Shown here: positions 12,101 through 24,600 of the stretch, piece by piece
How positions within the stretch are numbered: the stretch's first letter is position 1
Layout of the letters: each line of letters opens with the position of its first letter
DNA from: Pavona decussata
Taxonomy: Eukaryota
NCBI GenBank assembly: GCA_977016875.1
Contig: CDRNST010000130.1
Location: 868,001-932,000 of the forward strand
Direction of reading: 5' to 3'
DNA: 64,000 nucleotides
Position numbers and translations under genes: made by a program
Notes under the pieces: generated by a model
The model's database searches: none
Seen by the model: the letters and a program-made list of their open reading frames with translations, nothing else
Told to the model about the DNA's origin: nothing

Positions 12101-15100
12101 GGAACATACATTAAGTGTATATTGTACATGATGGTCACGAGCTTGGTTCTCTGTTCAATTACATACTTCGAGAAAGGTCGTCTAAGTAGCAGTGGCACAC
12201 GTCAAGGTATTTGTCTATTTATCGTGTACTATCGCGCTAAATCCCAGTGCTGTGCTTCAAGGCTAGAGAGCTCAGTGATCAAGTCAAATTACAAAGAATG
12301 AATACAAATGCTAGCTACAATTAACAAGTTGAAATCTTAGGTAATTAGAAATATTTGCACCTGTTTCGGCAATTGTAAACACAGGAGTGCGTAAAAATGA
12401 CAGGTGTTTTCAAAAGAAACTATGTAAACGTGAAAATTGACATATAAGTTAGCACACGTTAATCTAAAGAGGATTACCTGAAAAAAAAATTCTCATAAAG
12501 CTCATTTTTAATCTCAGGTTTGTTCCAGAATCTGTAAGATGGCTTCTTGTCAGAGGAAAGAAAGATAAAGCCCGAGAAATTTTGACGAAGGTAGCAGAAG
12601 TAAACAAAAAAGAAATGCCTGACGAAGAACTTCTTGTTCCATTGACCATGGCAAACAAAGGTGTCTTGGAACTCTTTAAAACATGGAAGATGGCAAAGCT
12701 TTCGCTTATACAGATTTATGCGTGGTGAGTACAAACCCAAGTATTAAGTGATAAGTTGAAGTAGAAGTTGAAGTTGACTTAAAAGTGGAAACACAAGCAT
12801 AAATATAAAAGTGTATGTTCATTTTGCTTGGTTAATACAGTTGGTTGTGTACAAAAGAAAGCATGCTGTCTTGTATTTGACTGCCTTAATGGAACTGTAT
12901 GCTCTCCTTTTAAGAATTATTTTCAACGACTGAATCATAACGCTTTAAATACTAGAAACAATGAGAAAGCAGCAAAACTGCCCAAGGTCAAACTGGATTT
13001 TGCACGCCGTAGTTTTTATTTTTTAGGTGCCTCGATATTTAATTCTTTGCCTTTAAGTTTGAGAAACATTAATTCTAGATTTTTATTCAGGAAAGCCTTG
13101 GACGATTTTTACCTGTAAATTTTCACTGTAGTTCTAAATTAGTGCATGTTTTGCTTTTACATATTTTAGTTATTCTTATTTGTAAGTTTTTAATTCTTAG
13201 TCAACAGGACCCCGTTGATAACAGTATTCTATACTGAAGGGTTATCNNNNNNNNNNNNNNNNNNNNNNNNNNNNNNNNNNNNNNNNNNNNNNNNNNNNNN
13301 NNNNNNNNNNNNNNNNNNNNNNNNNNNNNNNNNNNNNNNNNNNNNNNNNNNNNNNNNNNNNNNNNNNNNNNNNNNNNNNNNNNNNNNNNNNNNNNNNNNN
13401 NNNNNNNNNNNNNNNNNNNNNNNNNNNNNNNTTAGCATAAAATACAATTAGAAGGAGACGCATACAAGGTACATGTAAACATCAATGTACCATACTGAGA
13501 ACCGTGAAGTGCCGTTCACTGATTCTAGAGCGATATAAAAACAGTGTTTGAGTCTACAATACTCGTAGTGCCTGTGGTATTTTCCCTATTCAATGTTGAT
13601 TTCACATCCCACGAGTGAAAAAAAACAACAACAACAAAAAAAAAAAAACAAAAGGAAAAATGAACCTAAACATTAAGGAAAGGAGTGGAGAAGAAAAGCT
13701 CAGACCGGTCAAAAGGAAAGTAGAAGAATGCTGTTGTGATCTAGAGATGTGACAATTTTAGACCTTTCGCCATGTATTACATCGAAAACTGACGAGAATT
13801 GAAGCATTTGAATTTAGCTCGGCAATGTATCATTGGACGGGTTTACCAAAGGTTATTGGCACAAACATGTTTTCTAATAACAGCTGGGGATAGGGAGGTG
13901 AGGAGTCTGTGTTACTTGGCTTTCCCTTTTCCTAATCTCATTTTAGTATTGGGTAAAACTTTCGATCTGCCAATGGCAATCGTAAACCTTGTACGCCTCT
14001 GTGTACTGTCTTGTTTCAATAAGCATGGACCGGTGATCCTCAATTACTAGGCTCGTTCTGGCTCCTTCTCATTGCAGGTTTGTGAATGGAATGGTGTATT
14101 ACGGGCTCTCTTTAAGCTCAGGAGAATTTGGTGGCAGCATCTATCTGAATTTTGTACTGACAAGCTTGGTGGAAATCCCTGGAAACATTTTGGTCATTCA
14201 CAACGGTAACAGGTAGAAGTCAGAAAATACTACGTACTATTGTTTTTTAGTATAAATCTACTAGTGTTCTATCACGAATGCCGTTCTCTGATTGGCTACG
14301 CTACTCGCTATCTATTCTGTGATAGATAGCGAGTAGCGATTTTCAACAAAATGGCGCCCGCTTCTTCGCGTTTTCGAAGTGTCTGCGATGAGGAAATAGA
14401 TTATTTACTTGTTTAGTTTTGAACGACTAGTAGATTTATACTAAAACAATTAGATTATTCGCTCTCGATTTCTATGCGTGATAGTTGATTCGGGCTTCGC
14501 CCTCATCAACTATCACGCGATAGAAATCTCGAGCTCATAATCTAATTGTTAATTAGGATAACAGCGAGATTCGGCCTGGAAAGAGGCCATTTCATATTGT
14601 CACCTCGAGAAATTTTGAAGACTGACATATTCTCTGCGAAATATTATCTGGTCCTCGGTACTGCGGACCCCGATAGCCATTTTAACCAACAAGTAAATGA
14701 CTGTTCTTTTATAATGAAAATCATGGCAATGCTATGTTATAAGAAAAGAGTGAAAACAAGTCGTTGCGGATAAATAGAATTAAAACTGACCATTCATATC
14801 CATGTGAAAAATGTTATTAAAATTATGTTGAAAGATTAAAAAAATATTTTCAATTCGTTTTATGATTTAGGTTCGGCCGTAAGAAGACTACAGTTGCTTA
14901 CATGATTGCAGCAGGAATTTCAGTATTGGCGGTTTCCTTTATTCCACATGGAACAAACAACACAGGTGCCAGTCATGATATACTTACAATGATGGCTAGG
15001 GGTACCATTTTCCAATCCATCCAATCCATCGCAATCCAATCCGATCCAAACCAATATTCCAACAAAACGCTTAAATACATTGAAATCTTATAGTATTTTT

Positions 15101-18100
15101 TTGTGGTAACAAAAGAAAAGTTAATGTAACGATACACTTATTGACTACTGAGTCACATTTTGCCCGAGCAAAAAGTCTAGAACAATCAAATGCACTCAAA
15201 TCTCGTAGTATTTATTCGAGGTAAAAAATAATAGGTAGTATAACGTTACACTAACTGCTAAGTCATCACTTGTCCGACCAACAAGGACAAGAGCTTTTCG
15301 TTATCCCTCTGGTACACGTTATTAGCCGATGCGCTATGAAAATGTCCTCTCATTGTTGCCTTTAAAGCTGCCACCTCTTTGGGAAAGTATCTCCACTGTT
15401 TTTTCCTTAACTCATAGGACACTTACCCAACGTTGAAAACGCAAAGCGTTTTACTAGATGTTAGATCCGAATTTTGGACTTGAAGACATTAAATCATATG
15501 AAAGCCAGTTAGCTGCTTAATATGCTCCCAAAATGAACGTGTTTTCTTTTTCACTTCAGTATATACTACCTTTTCAATTAAAGCAGTAGTAGCAACAAAT
15601 ATTTTGTTGCAATTGTCCAGCGAAGAGTATAGTTGCTCAAGAGCAATCAGACCACTCGTATAGGCGTATCCTGAGGGTTAGTTGATTAACAACCCAAAGG
15701 CACCAAAAATAACGTGCTTGTTGTCTTTCGTATTTAAAGGTTTCATTGCTGGCCGAGTAACCCTTGGTACGCTGGGTAAAATGTTTATCACCACTTCATT
15801 CAACACCTTGTACGTTTTCTCAGCTGAGCTATTTCCTACAGTGGTGAGGTGAGATTTAGGATACGAATGTTTGATACTCTTCTGGGGTTGACGTATCAGT
15901 TTTTCAAATTACGCAGAAATTAAATTACTTATAATAGAGCAGTTTTCAATTGAGTTTCGTAAAACCAAAACCAAAGTGATTACTTTGACCAATCACAGCG
16001 CACGTAAACAGCACAACGAACCAATCAGAATTCGAAGCAAATGCATATACGGCGCCAAGCGCGGGAAAACACGTGCGACCATTTCGTGATTGGTTTTGGT
16101 TTAGTTTCTCATTGGTTAAAAAAATTGGCGCGAGTTTGTTAACCACTCACAGAGTGCAGTAAGGCAAAAACAAAGCAATTACCAAATTACTTTTGACACT
16201 CAATTGAAAACCGCTCTAATAATCAAAAGATAAGTATCAGCAATAACTTTGACTGATCGTGTTCAAGGGGAATAGTCGTGAGGATACTGACCTTGTCTTT
16301 TGGTCAACATGGTGCAAAAACGACTTAGGTCCCGTTCAGACTAAGTGCCCCTCCTCTGTTCTAAGGCACTGGCACTAGTCTGAACAGAACTTTCTGTCGG
16401 TGCCCGAGCAAAAATCTGGGCACCGTGCCCGGGCACGAGCACTACCTCCAAGGGTAGTGCTCGGGCACCATTCCTGTGCACGGGCACTGGTCTGAACAGG
16501 ATTTTGTCAGTTCCCATGTTTTTTCCTCATACCTCCCTACGATACAGCAAACAAAATGGGGGGAGGTAAATTGACGATTGCGAACACGATTGCTCCTTGG
16601 GAGAACACGAGAACACGATTGCTCCTTGGGCACCAAGGTGACTGAACGACGTTCTTTTTTATGCCCAGGCACAGAGCCCTGGCACTGCACACCTAGTCTG
16701 AACAGGGCTTTAGTTGCATAAAGAGTCTACAATACCGAGAGAAAGAAATTAACTGAATTCTTCAAGCATGATCTGTTTAACGCAGTTTGAGCACGAGAAC
16801 GTGAGAACTTGAAGCCTCACCTTTTTCGAGTACCAGCTGCAATCCAAACCGACCCAGTCCATCTATGGCCAGAGACAATCTGGACAGCTTTAGTACACTA
16901 AGGTGGTAGTGGGCTACTTGTCTTAGATCTCTGTTCACACCAAAACGTTGTGCGGTTTCTAAAAGGACATCAAATCTCTGTATAACATTCCCTTTAACGT
17001 TAAAGAGAGGTACTTACTATCTGCTTCTAAATAACCTTGCGACGATCGATGTTTCTTGGCTCAATATTTGTTTTCTTAAATAGTTTTTTGGGTTTTACCC
17101 CTGAAAAACACTCAGAATAGTTTTATCTGACTTCCAGATTCTTTAAATAGAGCTATTACACCGCTCGTATTATTGGCCGCCATAAGGAAATCAGAACATC
17201 TATCTGAAAGTAAACCGAGAATGGAAGAATGACCGGCCGCGTACAAACACTCGGAACCCAGTATTTTCTCCTTTGCTCAAATTACAGTCTCATCTACTTC
17301 GCATAAATTCTTTCATCTCTTGTACAACGTTATGTTATGTTTAAAACACGAACAGCAGTGCTGCGCCTCGTGGTTTTAAATCCCGATAAAACACGTGCTG
17401 CGAGTTTTTTGAACGGCTTAAAAAACATTCCTGGAAAAACGAGTGTCAAGATATTCAAAACAATGATGCTTTTGTGAACATTGGAAATTAGCATACGAGA
17501 AAAACATTAAACACTGCATACTAATAAGGAGGAGGTTTTATCGGATATAAAACCACCGCACGTGATGTTTTATCGACCATTTGATAGGTAAATGGGCTTA
17601 TGAATTATTAATGTATTTTTGAAGATGAAATTCTCTAAAGTGCGTTTTAACAAGTTTGACTCCTCCAGTTTTATCTGGAGATATATGCTGAAGCCAAAAC
17701 TAAACTAATTTGGACGTATGAAATAACGGCGTCCTGTTGTGTCAGCAACACCTCATTATCAATTCCTGCACAGTTCTTGCTTACTAATGTATAATGATGG
17801 AAATGCGTTACCATATACAATGCAACATTGTATTTATTCCTCTTAAGTTCAGTTAACAACAGCTATTCCTGTTGAGCATGAAATCCTGGAAGAATGAACA
17901 AAATGGATGGTTAACGACAAGATTCTGTCACGAAAAAGTGTCATTTCAAAAACATGCCACATAAAAAAGGTACTTACGTCAACAACGTGTCTTCAACATA
18001 ACTCAATGTTACAGCAACGTTTATCTCTTAAGAATAATGTTATAACACAAGGAACCATCAGTGAACACTTCTTCACTGTTTAACCTTGATTTGGTAATTT

Positions 18101-19404
18101 TCTCATATCGTTCTTTCCCCATCTGAGATCAGTGGCAGAGGGTGGACTACATATTAACACGTACAAGAAATTTATCTTTGAGGTCCTCAGTATGAGTGGA
18201 TAACGTCTCCCTTTTGTCTTTTGTTTTAGAAATAGTGGCATGGGAATGGTGTCTGTTGCTAGTCGTATCGGCGCTGCTAGCTCGCCGTTTGTTGTTCAGA
18301 TGACACGCATTAATTCTATTTTACCGTTTGCTTTAATGGGTGGCTTATCATTCCTTGCTGCTGTCATGTGTTGGGTTCTTCCTGAGACCTTGGGAAAAAA
18401 GACCGCTGAAGTCATGGAGGATGCCGGGAAGGAAAAAGGTATTTATTTTGTTTATAAGACAAATTCACAATTTTTGAAATCAATGATTGGGTGGATTTAG
18501 GTTTGAATTGTTGTACGAAGATTCAAAGAGTGATATTTCCGTTCAGATTGTTAAAAGAATTAATTAAGTATTAAAGAGGTCTCGACAACATGGGAAGCGA
18601 ATAACGTTTCCAAGAGATAGTCTATTTCTCAGATGAAGGACGTTCCCTCTCTTGAAAGTCACGAAAATGGTAAAGATGTGTACTACACACTAAGCTCCAT
18701 GCCAAAGACCAAACAGACAAACAAATAAACACACAGTGAAGAGCAAGAAGCTAGTAAGCCCATTCGAACTAGCTTAGAATGTAACTTGATCACTAACAAA
18801 TTCTTAACCAAAACTTAGGGTTGGGATGAAACTGATCAAAAAACGGGCCAGAAAACTTTATACACTATTGGAGGAGAACTAGCAATGCCGCCAACCCTGA
18901 AAAAATGTTGAGCCAACTTGTTGCAAAAACAGGCGTGAATTTCTGAATTCTATGTGTAAAGCGCACTTGAAAAAATGTTGTCATGTAATAATAATAATGA
19001 TAATAACAAATACTTTATTTATACCGCAAAGATAGATCAGCTGAATTAAAAGAAAAACAGCTGGTATGGATCTATGTGCAGATTATAAAAATATTACAAA
19101 ATTAGAAACGATATAAGTAATAGAAATGTGGAAGACTAATATTAACTTGATTAAAAAAGGTGATAAAAAATGAACGACAATCTAAATTGTGCATTTATGC
19201 TATAATCTGTCTGTTCTAGCAAATGCTAAAATGTTTTTGCCTTAAAAGTTCCTAAATTTAGGCCTTTAGCCCATAGTTCTTTGGGTAAATCGTTCCATTC
19301 CTTTCCTCCTGTGAATGTGTATCATTATTAACTTCCCGTTTTTTTAAATTTCAGATAGCGAATACTTATCAGCCGAACTTGAACAACTAAATGAAAAAGT
19401 GTAG
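9130..19404 (+). CDS. SLC22-family organic cation/anion transporter (MFS), about 519 aa; exons 9130-9456, 10976-11403, 12518-12724, 14078-14212, 14871-14965, 15740-15848, 18230-18438, 19355-19404
   Basis: All introns are GT-AG and phase-compatible (1560 nt in total). SLC22 signatures: [63 protein letters not shown]. The terminal exon is the least certain. Confidence 0.92.
11415..11696. mobile_element. MITE with tagagcggttttcaattga TIRs; further copies at 15935-16218, about 63400-63677, and partial near 32175
   Basis: Terminal inverted repeats tagagcggttttcaatt / aattggaaaccgctcta; the same family recurs in the window. Confidence 0.75.
12850..13246 (+). mobile_element. 5'-truncated CR1/L2-group LINE 3' end
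   Basis: ORF remnant ...[39 protein letters not shown]..., typical of a LINE ORF2 C-terminus, followed by a 3' UTR that runs into an N-gap. Confidence 0.7.
14247..14556 (+). mobile_element. Hairpin-ended non-autonomous element (Crypton-like ORF start)
   Basis: Absent from the paralogous site at about 62065-62085. IR ttagtataaatctactagt / actagtagatttatactaa, terminal hairpin centred on gggcttcgccc, ORF start [17 protein letters not shown]. Confidence 0.75.
16328..16709. mobile_element. PIF/Harbinger-like MITE
   Basis: TIRs ggtcccgttcagact / agtctgaacagggct with TTA TSD; the empty site is visible in the paralog at about 63781. Confidence 0.8.
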
Positions 19405-19552
19405 CTTCATCAAGTCGGAGAAAGAAATATCATATCTATGAAGTATGCCAAGAAAAATTACCCATAATGTTATAATACTTTGACAATTATAGGAGGAAAG
19501 CATTTTTTCTTTGAAAGGTTATAGTCTAACCCGATACAGATTGCCCACTTAA

Positions 19553-19940
19553 AGGGAATCTCCACTCTGACAAAAAAACTTTGACGTGAAATTGTTGGGA
19601 ATATTTAAATTGTGAATTTTACTTTGAAAAGTAGAAATAACATTCAATTGCGCTAAATATTTGATATGATTATCGCTTTTAAATTTCCCATGTACCGCCA
19701 TTTTGGATTTTATGGCATCATACGGTTTCCGCTATTGTCAGTGAGCAGAAGTTCTTTTGTGTGAAACAATTGAACAACATGAAATCCAACATGGTGGTGC
19801 CTGGGAAATTTAAAAGCGAAAATGAGCGATAATCAAATCCCGAGACAGAAATATTATTTCCATGATTTCTAACAAGACTTAAAAGTAGATTGTATTTTCA
19901 ACAATTTAACGTTAATTTATTTCAACAGTGGAGGTTTTCT
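19553..19940. mobile_element. TTAA-flanked MITE (Kolobok/piggyBac-like); copies at 52385-52801 and about 35940-36586
   Basis: TIR agggaatctccactct / agtggaggttttct with TTAA on both sides; closely similar copy at 52385-52801. Confidence 0.75.
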
Positions 19941-21644
19941 TTAAATATGGTAGCCGACAGTTTGGCCATTTTTTTGTAGTTGGAAAATTGAGAGGATTCA
20001 AACCGACGGTATATTGATGTTTTATAACACTGCCGAAATTTATCTCAGCTAATAAAACGACATTAGTTATTTTATGTGTATATTATCGCTTCAAATACCG
20101 TGCAGCGAGTGGAACTTGATATGTTAATGTTTCCATGGCAATCATGTTCAAACGGCTGGTAGTAAAATTGTAGAGAATTTGTTATTTTTGTTGTTGTTGT
20201 TGATGTTTTTAAGGTGACCCGCCCCTATTTGTTGGCGCGTTGTCAACATTTGTGAATCGAGATTTTGGCAGAAAAAATTCAACCTATTTCGTTGAGTTTC
20301 GACACCCTTAACAAGATATCTTTGAACTTAAAAAGTATTTTATTTATTTTGTTACGCTAGTAAACGATTTGTTTTAAGAAATCAGCTTTCAAATAAGCCT
20401 CCAAGCTCTTAAGTTTTATATTTGCAAGTTCCATGGCAATCCTGACCATACGACTCGATGTACAAAATGCTTGTGAAATTTTCTATAAAAATACAATGCT
20501 AATGCATTTGTGTTACTTGGCCTACAAATAGCGGAAGAGTGCAACAACAACAATAACAACAACTTTATTTTCACATTTCCTTTTAAGATTGTATTGATAC
20601 ATATAAGAATATTTAGTTAATTTAAAGTTTTAAAAACATTAATACGGATAACTAAACATAAATATCTAATGTGGAAACGCCTAGCGCCTAAGTAAACCAT
20701 ACAGTTTTCTAAGTTAGACACTAGTCTTGTAAACATCTATATACATATAGCAGGCAGACCATCTCCCATCTAAAACACATTGTAATCCAAAAGCTTTTTT
20801 GAAGGAAACAGAACAATCCGAAACCTAAGGCGAACACAATTAATACTAGAAGAAGCTTATTTTAAGTTCCATGCAAACTGGAATTACAATATCTTATATT
20901 CATTACAATAACCTCGTATTTGACTTTAAATTTTCCCGAAATTCTTATTATACCAGAAGTCTGCGCATGCTTACACGAAAAACCCTTAACGTTACCAGTT
21001 CATGTTCCATTTACTGGCGCAATGCTTTTCGTTTTCACAACACTTGCAGTTAAGTGTTGCAAATTCAGTTTAACATTCATTTGTGCGTGCAATTCACAAT
21101 TCAGAAAATAATGGAAGGAAAAATGAAATATCACCGCATACAGGATGGCCATCTCGGCGTTGTATATGTACATGCAGTTTTTACATTAAAACTAAGATAA
21201 TATTTTTTTTAAAATTACAACTAAGGTGGTAAATATTTTAAACAATTATTGGACGATGTTCAGCAAAACATCGTGATATATCAGTTCGGCTTCGGCAAAT
21301 AATTAATCTGTGAGAGAAATCACGATATTTTACGATAACCAAGTTCAATAATTCTTTTATCATTCGATCACAGCATGTCAAATCATTCCTTGACAGCTAA
21401 GGGGAGCGATCTGCCATTTTCACACAAGAGCGTGGTTTCAATTACGCATGAGCAAAATATTTTTTGCAGCAAAACACAGTGGACAGTATTGCTCATGAGC
21501 AGACCATTATTTTTAGGCAATTATTTGCAGGTCACGTGGTTTGCTTTCGGCCAATAAAAAGGAGGAAAATGCATCGAATGATAAATTGATTTGGTTTTGA
21601 GACTCAATCTGCTAAAACTCTGCTTTCAAAACTAGTTCATATTC

Positions 21645-24600
21645 CTAAAAGGAGGTGTCTTTCCCTTCGTCATTAGCAACTTCTTTTCCCAGATTTACGA
21701 TTCCCTGCGATTCATCTTCATTGCTTGTATCCTTTAGAGAAACCTGACAAAATAAGACAGAACAGAACTGTTGTAACCATTCCAAGTCAAATTAATAAGT
21801 TAGCCAAAAGTGAAATTGAAACCATTGGTGGTGAAAAGACTGAAAGAGGGAGGGGGCATGGCGGTGTTTTAAAATTCTCTTCTTCCCGTACTTCTGATTC
21901 ACCCGTCCTCTTCTACGGCGATTAAGTCGTCTTCTTTTCTCGATAGTAGCGCAACTTTACGCGTTTTTCTTTAATTCTTCACGCTGTTCTGCGTCTAAAT
22001 CCAGGTAACTAGTATCATTTCTCCTTTGTTCCGTCCACGTTTCCCAACGAGCTACTTGTGAGCCAAATAGCACCAGTTCAGGGTCTGGCCTAATCCCCGC
22101 CCCTCCAGCTCTTCCTCAAACCTTACCTTAAATTACACTAATTAAGAGTTTTGGTACGTCACTAATGACAACACACCTGTCCCTTTTGATTCACCTATAG
22201 ATAAACGTTTCTCGATAACTCCCTAAGGTATCAAGAAACGTTTACTGTGATTGGATCTATCCTAATAGGCTAGCTATCTCCTCATAATGTGTGAGGCCAC
22301 AAGTTGCACAAAATAGATAGTGCCTTGACGAGCTCTTTAACTGTCTATTTAGTTACAGTTCCTGCAGGTTGAGTTATTTTTCATACCTAGCTATAAGAAT
22401 TGACATATGAAAGGTTCACGGGTTTTCATTCACACTGTACGATATCGATGCAACTAACGAAAAACTAGTTTCTTTTCATACATGCTACTGTCTATTCCCC
22501 CACTTTTATTGTTGTTGGCTAAGTTCTATTTCTAATTAACCAGTATAAAGAATACTCACTTCTTTGTCTGGAAACTGCTGCTCAAGTTCCTTCACAAGCT
22601 CACCAAACGAAGGCCGTTTTGAAGGTTCTGGCCTCCAGCATGACGTCATTATTTGATAGCTGACAAACAGAGAAAACTGCAAGATAGCATGAATTTCTCT
22701 TTTTGCAAGTAAACAAGAACAAGAACAACAATAGCATCGGAGACATTGGTTTTCTTGTCCTTGATATGCAAAGCACTGAATTTTATTAGAGAAAAGATAG
22801 GTCATGTAATAAAGGAAGATTAAGAGTCGTGGAAGAGGGAATGCGTTTTTGCAATTCCAGCTAAATTTCTCACAACTGTATCCTTGATGTTTGAAGCTAT
22901 TTCTTTAAATATGGGTAAAGATTACAATCAAAATATAACTGTGAATGATTAAATCCGAGCTATTTGAACATGGCAAGAGATGTAATTCAAATAACTTGGG
23001 TTTGGAATTGTTTATTGTATGCGTATGGTTGAAAAAATGTCTGCTAGACGAGATGTATTTTTCTTGACTTTGTAACAAAACTTGGGCAAAGAGACAATAT
23101 GACAGAAGTTGAAAAGGAACCTCTTGTCTGAACACTGAAGGACCATGTGCAAAAAGGTTTGTAAGACTATTTAACCAATAAAACGCAGCCATTGGAAGAG
23201 TAGAGGTCCTCCGAATAATACGTCTGTGTCAAAACAGTTAATAGAAAATATACCTGCCAGAGTTTTGGACTGTATAAATTAGGTGCTCAAAAGATGCAGT
23301 CACTCTCTTAGTTTTTAAATTTTAATTTTAAATTGTAGTTCGACTATAATTTTAACTTACAAATAAAATTTTAGATAACTGAAAATTGTTTTCATGTTTC
23401 TAATCTAATGACAGTACAATTATGAAAACAACAACAAAAATAATAAAAATGATTTGATTTAAAGAAAAAAGCAGTAAAGCTTTCTAGAGCGTGAGTGCAA
23501 AGGCCACAACACTCAAACGCATTTAAGTAAATTTCAATGTAAAATTTTTCCAAAGTCCAGAACAAATAAAAACACGCAACGAAATCTCGCAAAGATTATC
23601 CCAGGACTTCTGTTGTCTATCGATGGTGGACGAAGAATTCCAACGGCTACTAAAGTATATGAAAAATTGTGCGAATATGTTGTAAGAGGAAGTTTCAGAC
23701 TGCAAATCTTACAATATCTTATTTAACCTAAGGGTATCATTCTCAATATAGATATTTACATGCCATCTGGACATCCGTTGGGTTGTTTCAGTCTTTTTCC
23801 TGACTTAAGAAAGTCCACAATCTCGATGCCTCCCAAACCCGAATAAGGCATTTTACCTTAATATGGAGAAAACATGAAATGTTAAAACTAAGAAATGGAG
23901 ATACCTTATTCATACGTTCAATAGTTTGTGGTTTATCACTGGTATCAGAATATTTCGTGTTGGCATTTGGTCCTCACTCTTAAGACACTAAAGAGTAAGT
24001 ATTGCTGAGTGAGATGTTAAACCGTTACCTTTCACAAAGGGTTAGCAAGAGTACTTAAATTTCAAAAATTTTTTAAATCCAAACTGGAACTTCATGAGAT
24101 AAATGATCCTTTCTCACTTGGTGGATTTAGTGTTCGACCAAAATAGAGGTATTTTTTTCAATAATGGTAATTGAACTTCGTTTCATGCAATTTTGGTCTG
24201 AAATCATACGCGTGATTACAAAATCGAAAAATCGCGCAGCGCGAGTTCGATTTGAAATCACAAGTATGATTTCAAACCAAAATTGCACGACACGAAGTTC
24301 AATTACTACTTTATTACACCCATTCTGAAATCACTCAGTTTTTTTGTCAATATAATTTTTTGCCATTTTTGATGGGTAAAAAAAGATGCGATTTAGAGCA
24401 AAAAATAGTGCGATTTGTGAATAAATCGCACAGAGCCAATCAGATTGCAAGAATCACCAGTGATTTCAAAATGGGTATAATAAAAACAAAAATGTCACGC
24501 AATCTCTTTATGGTGACCAAATTACCTTATCAATTTTGTTGACCAAACATTCGTTTCCATTCCCCCACCGACACAACACCGCAGTTTCTTCAGAAAGTAA

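Noticed and set aside
18577-18670. Possible extra SLC22 exon ([13 protein letters not shown])
   Set aside because: Every phase-1 acceptor tried gives an in-frame stop, and exon 7 joins 19355 in phase without it. An alternative short C-terminus cannot be excluded.
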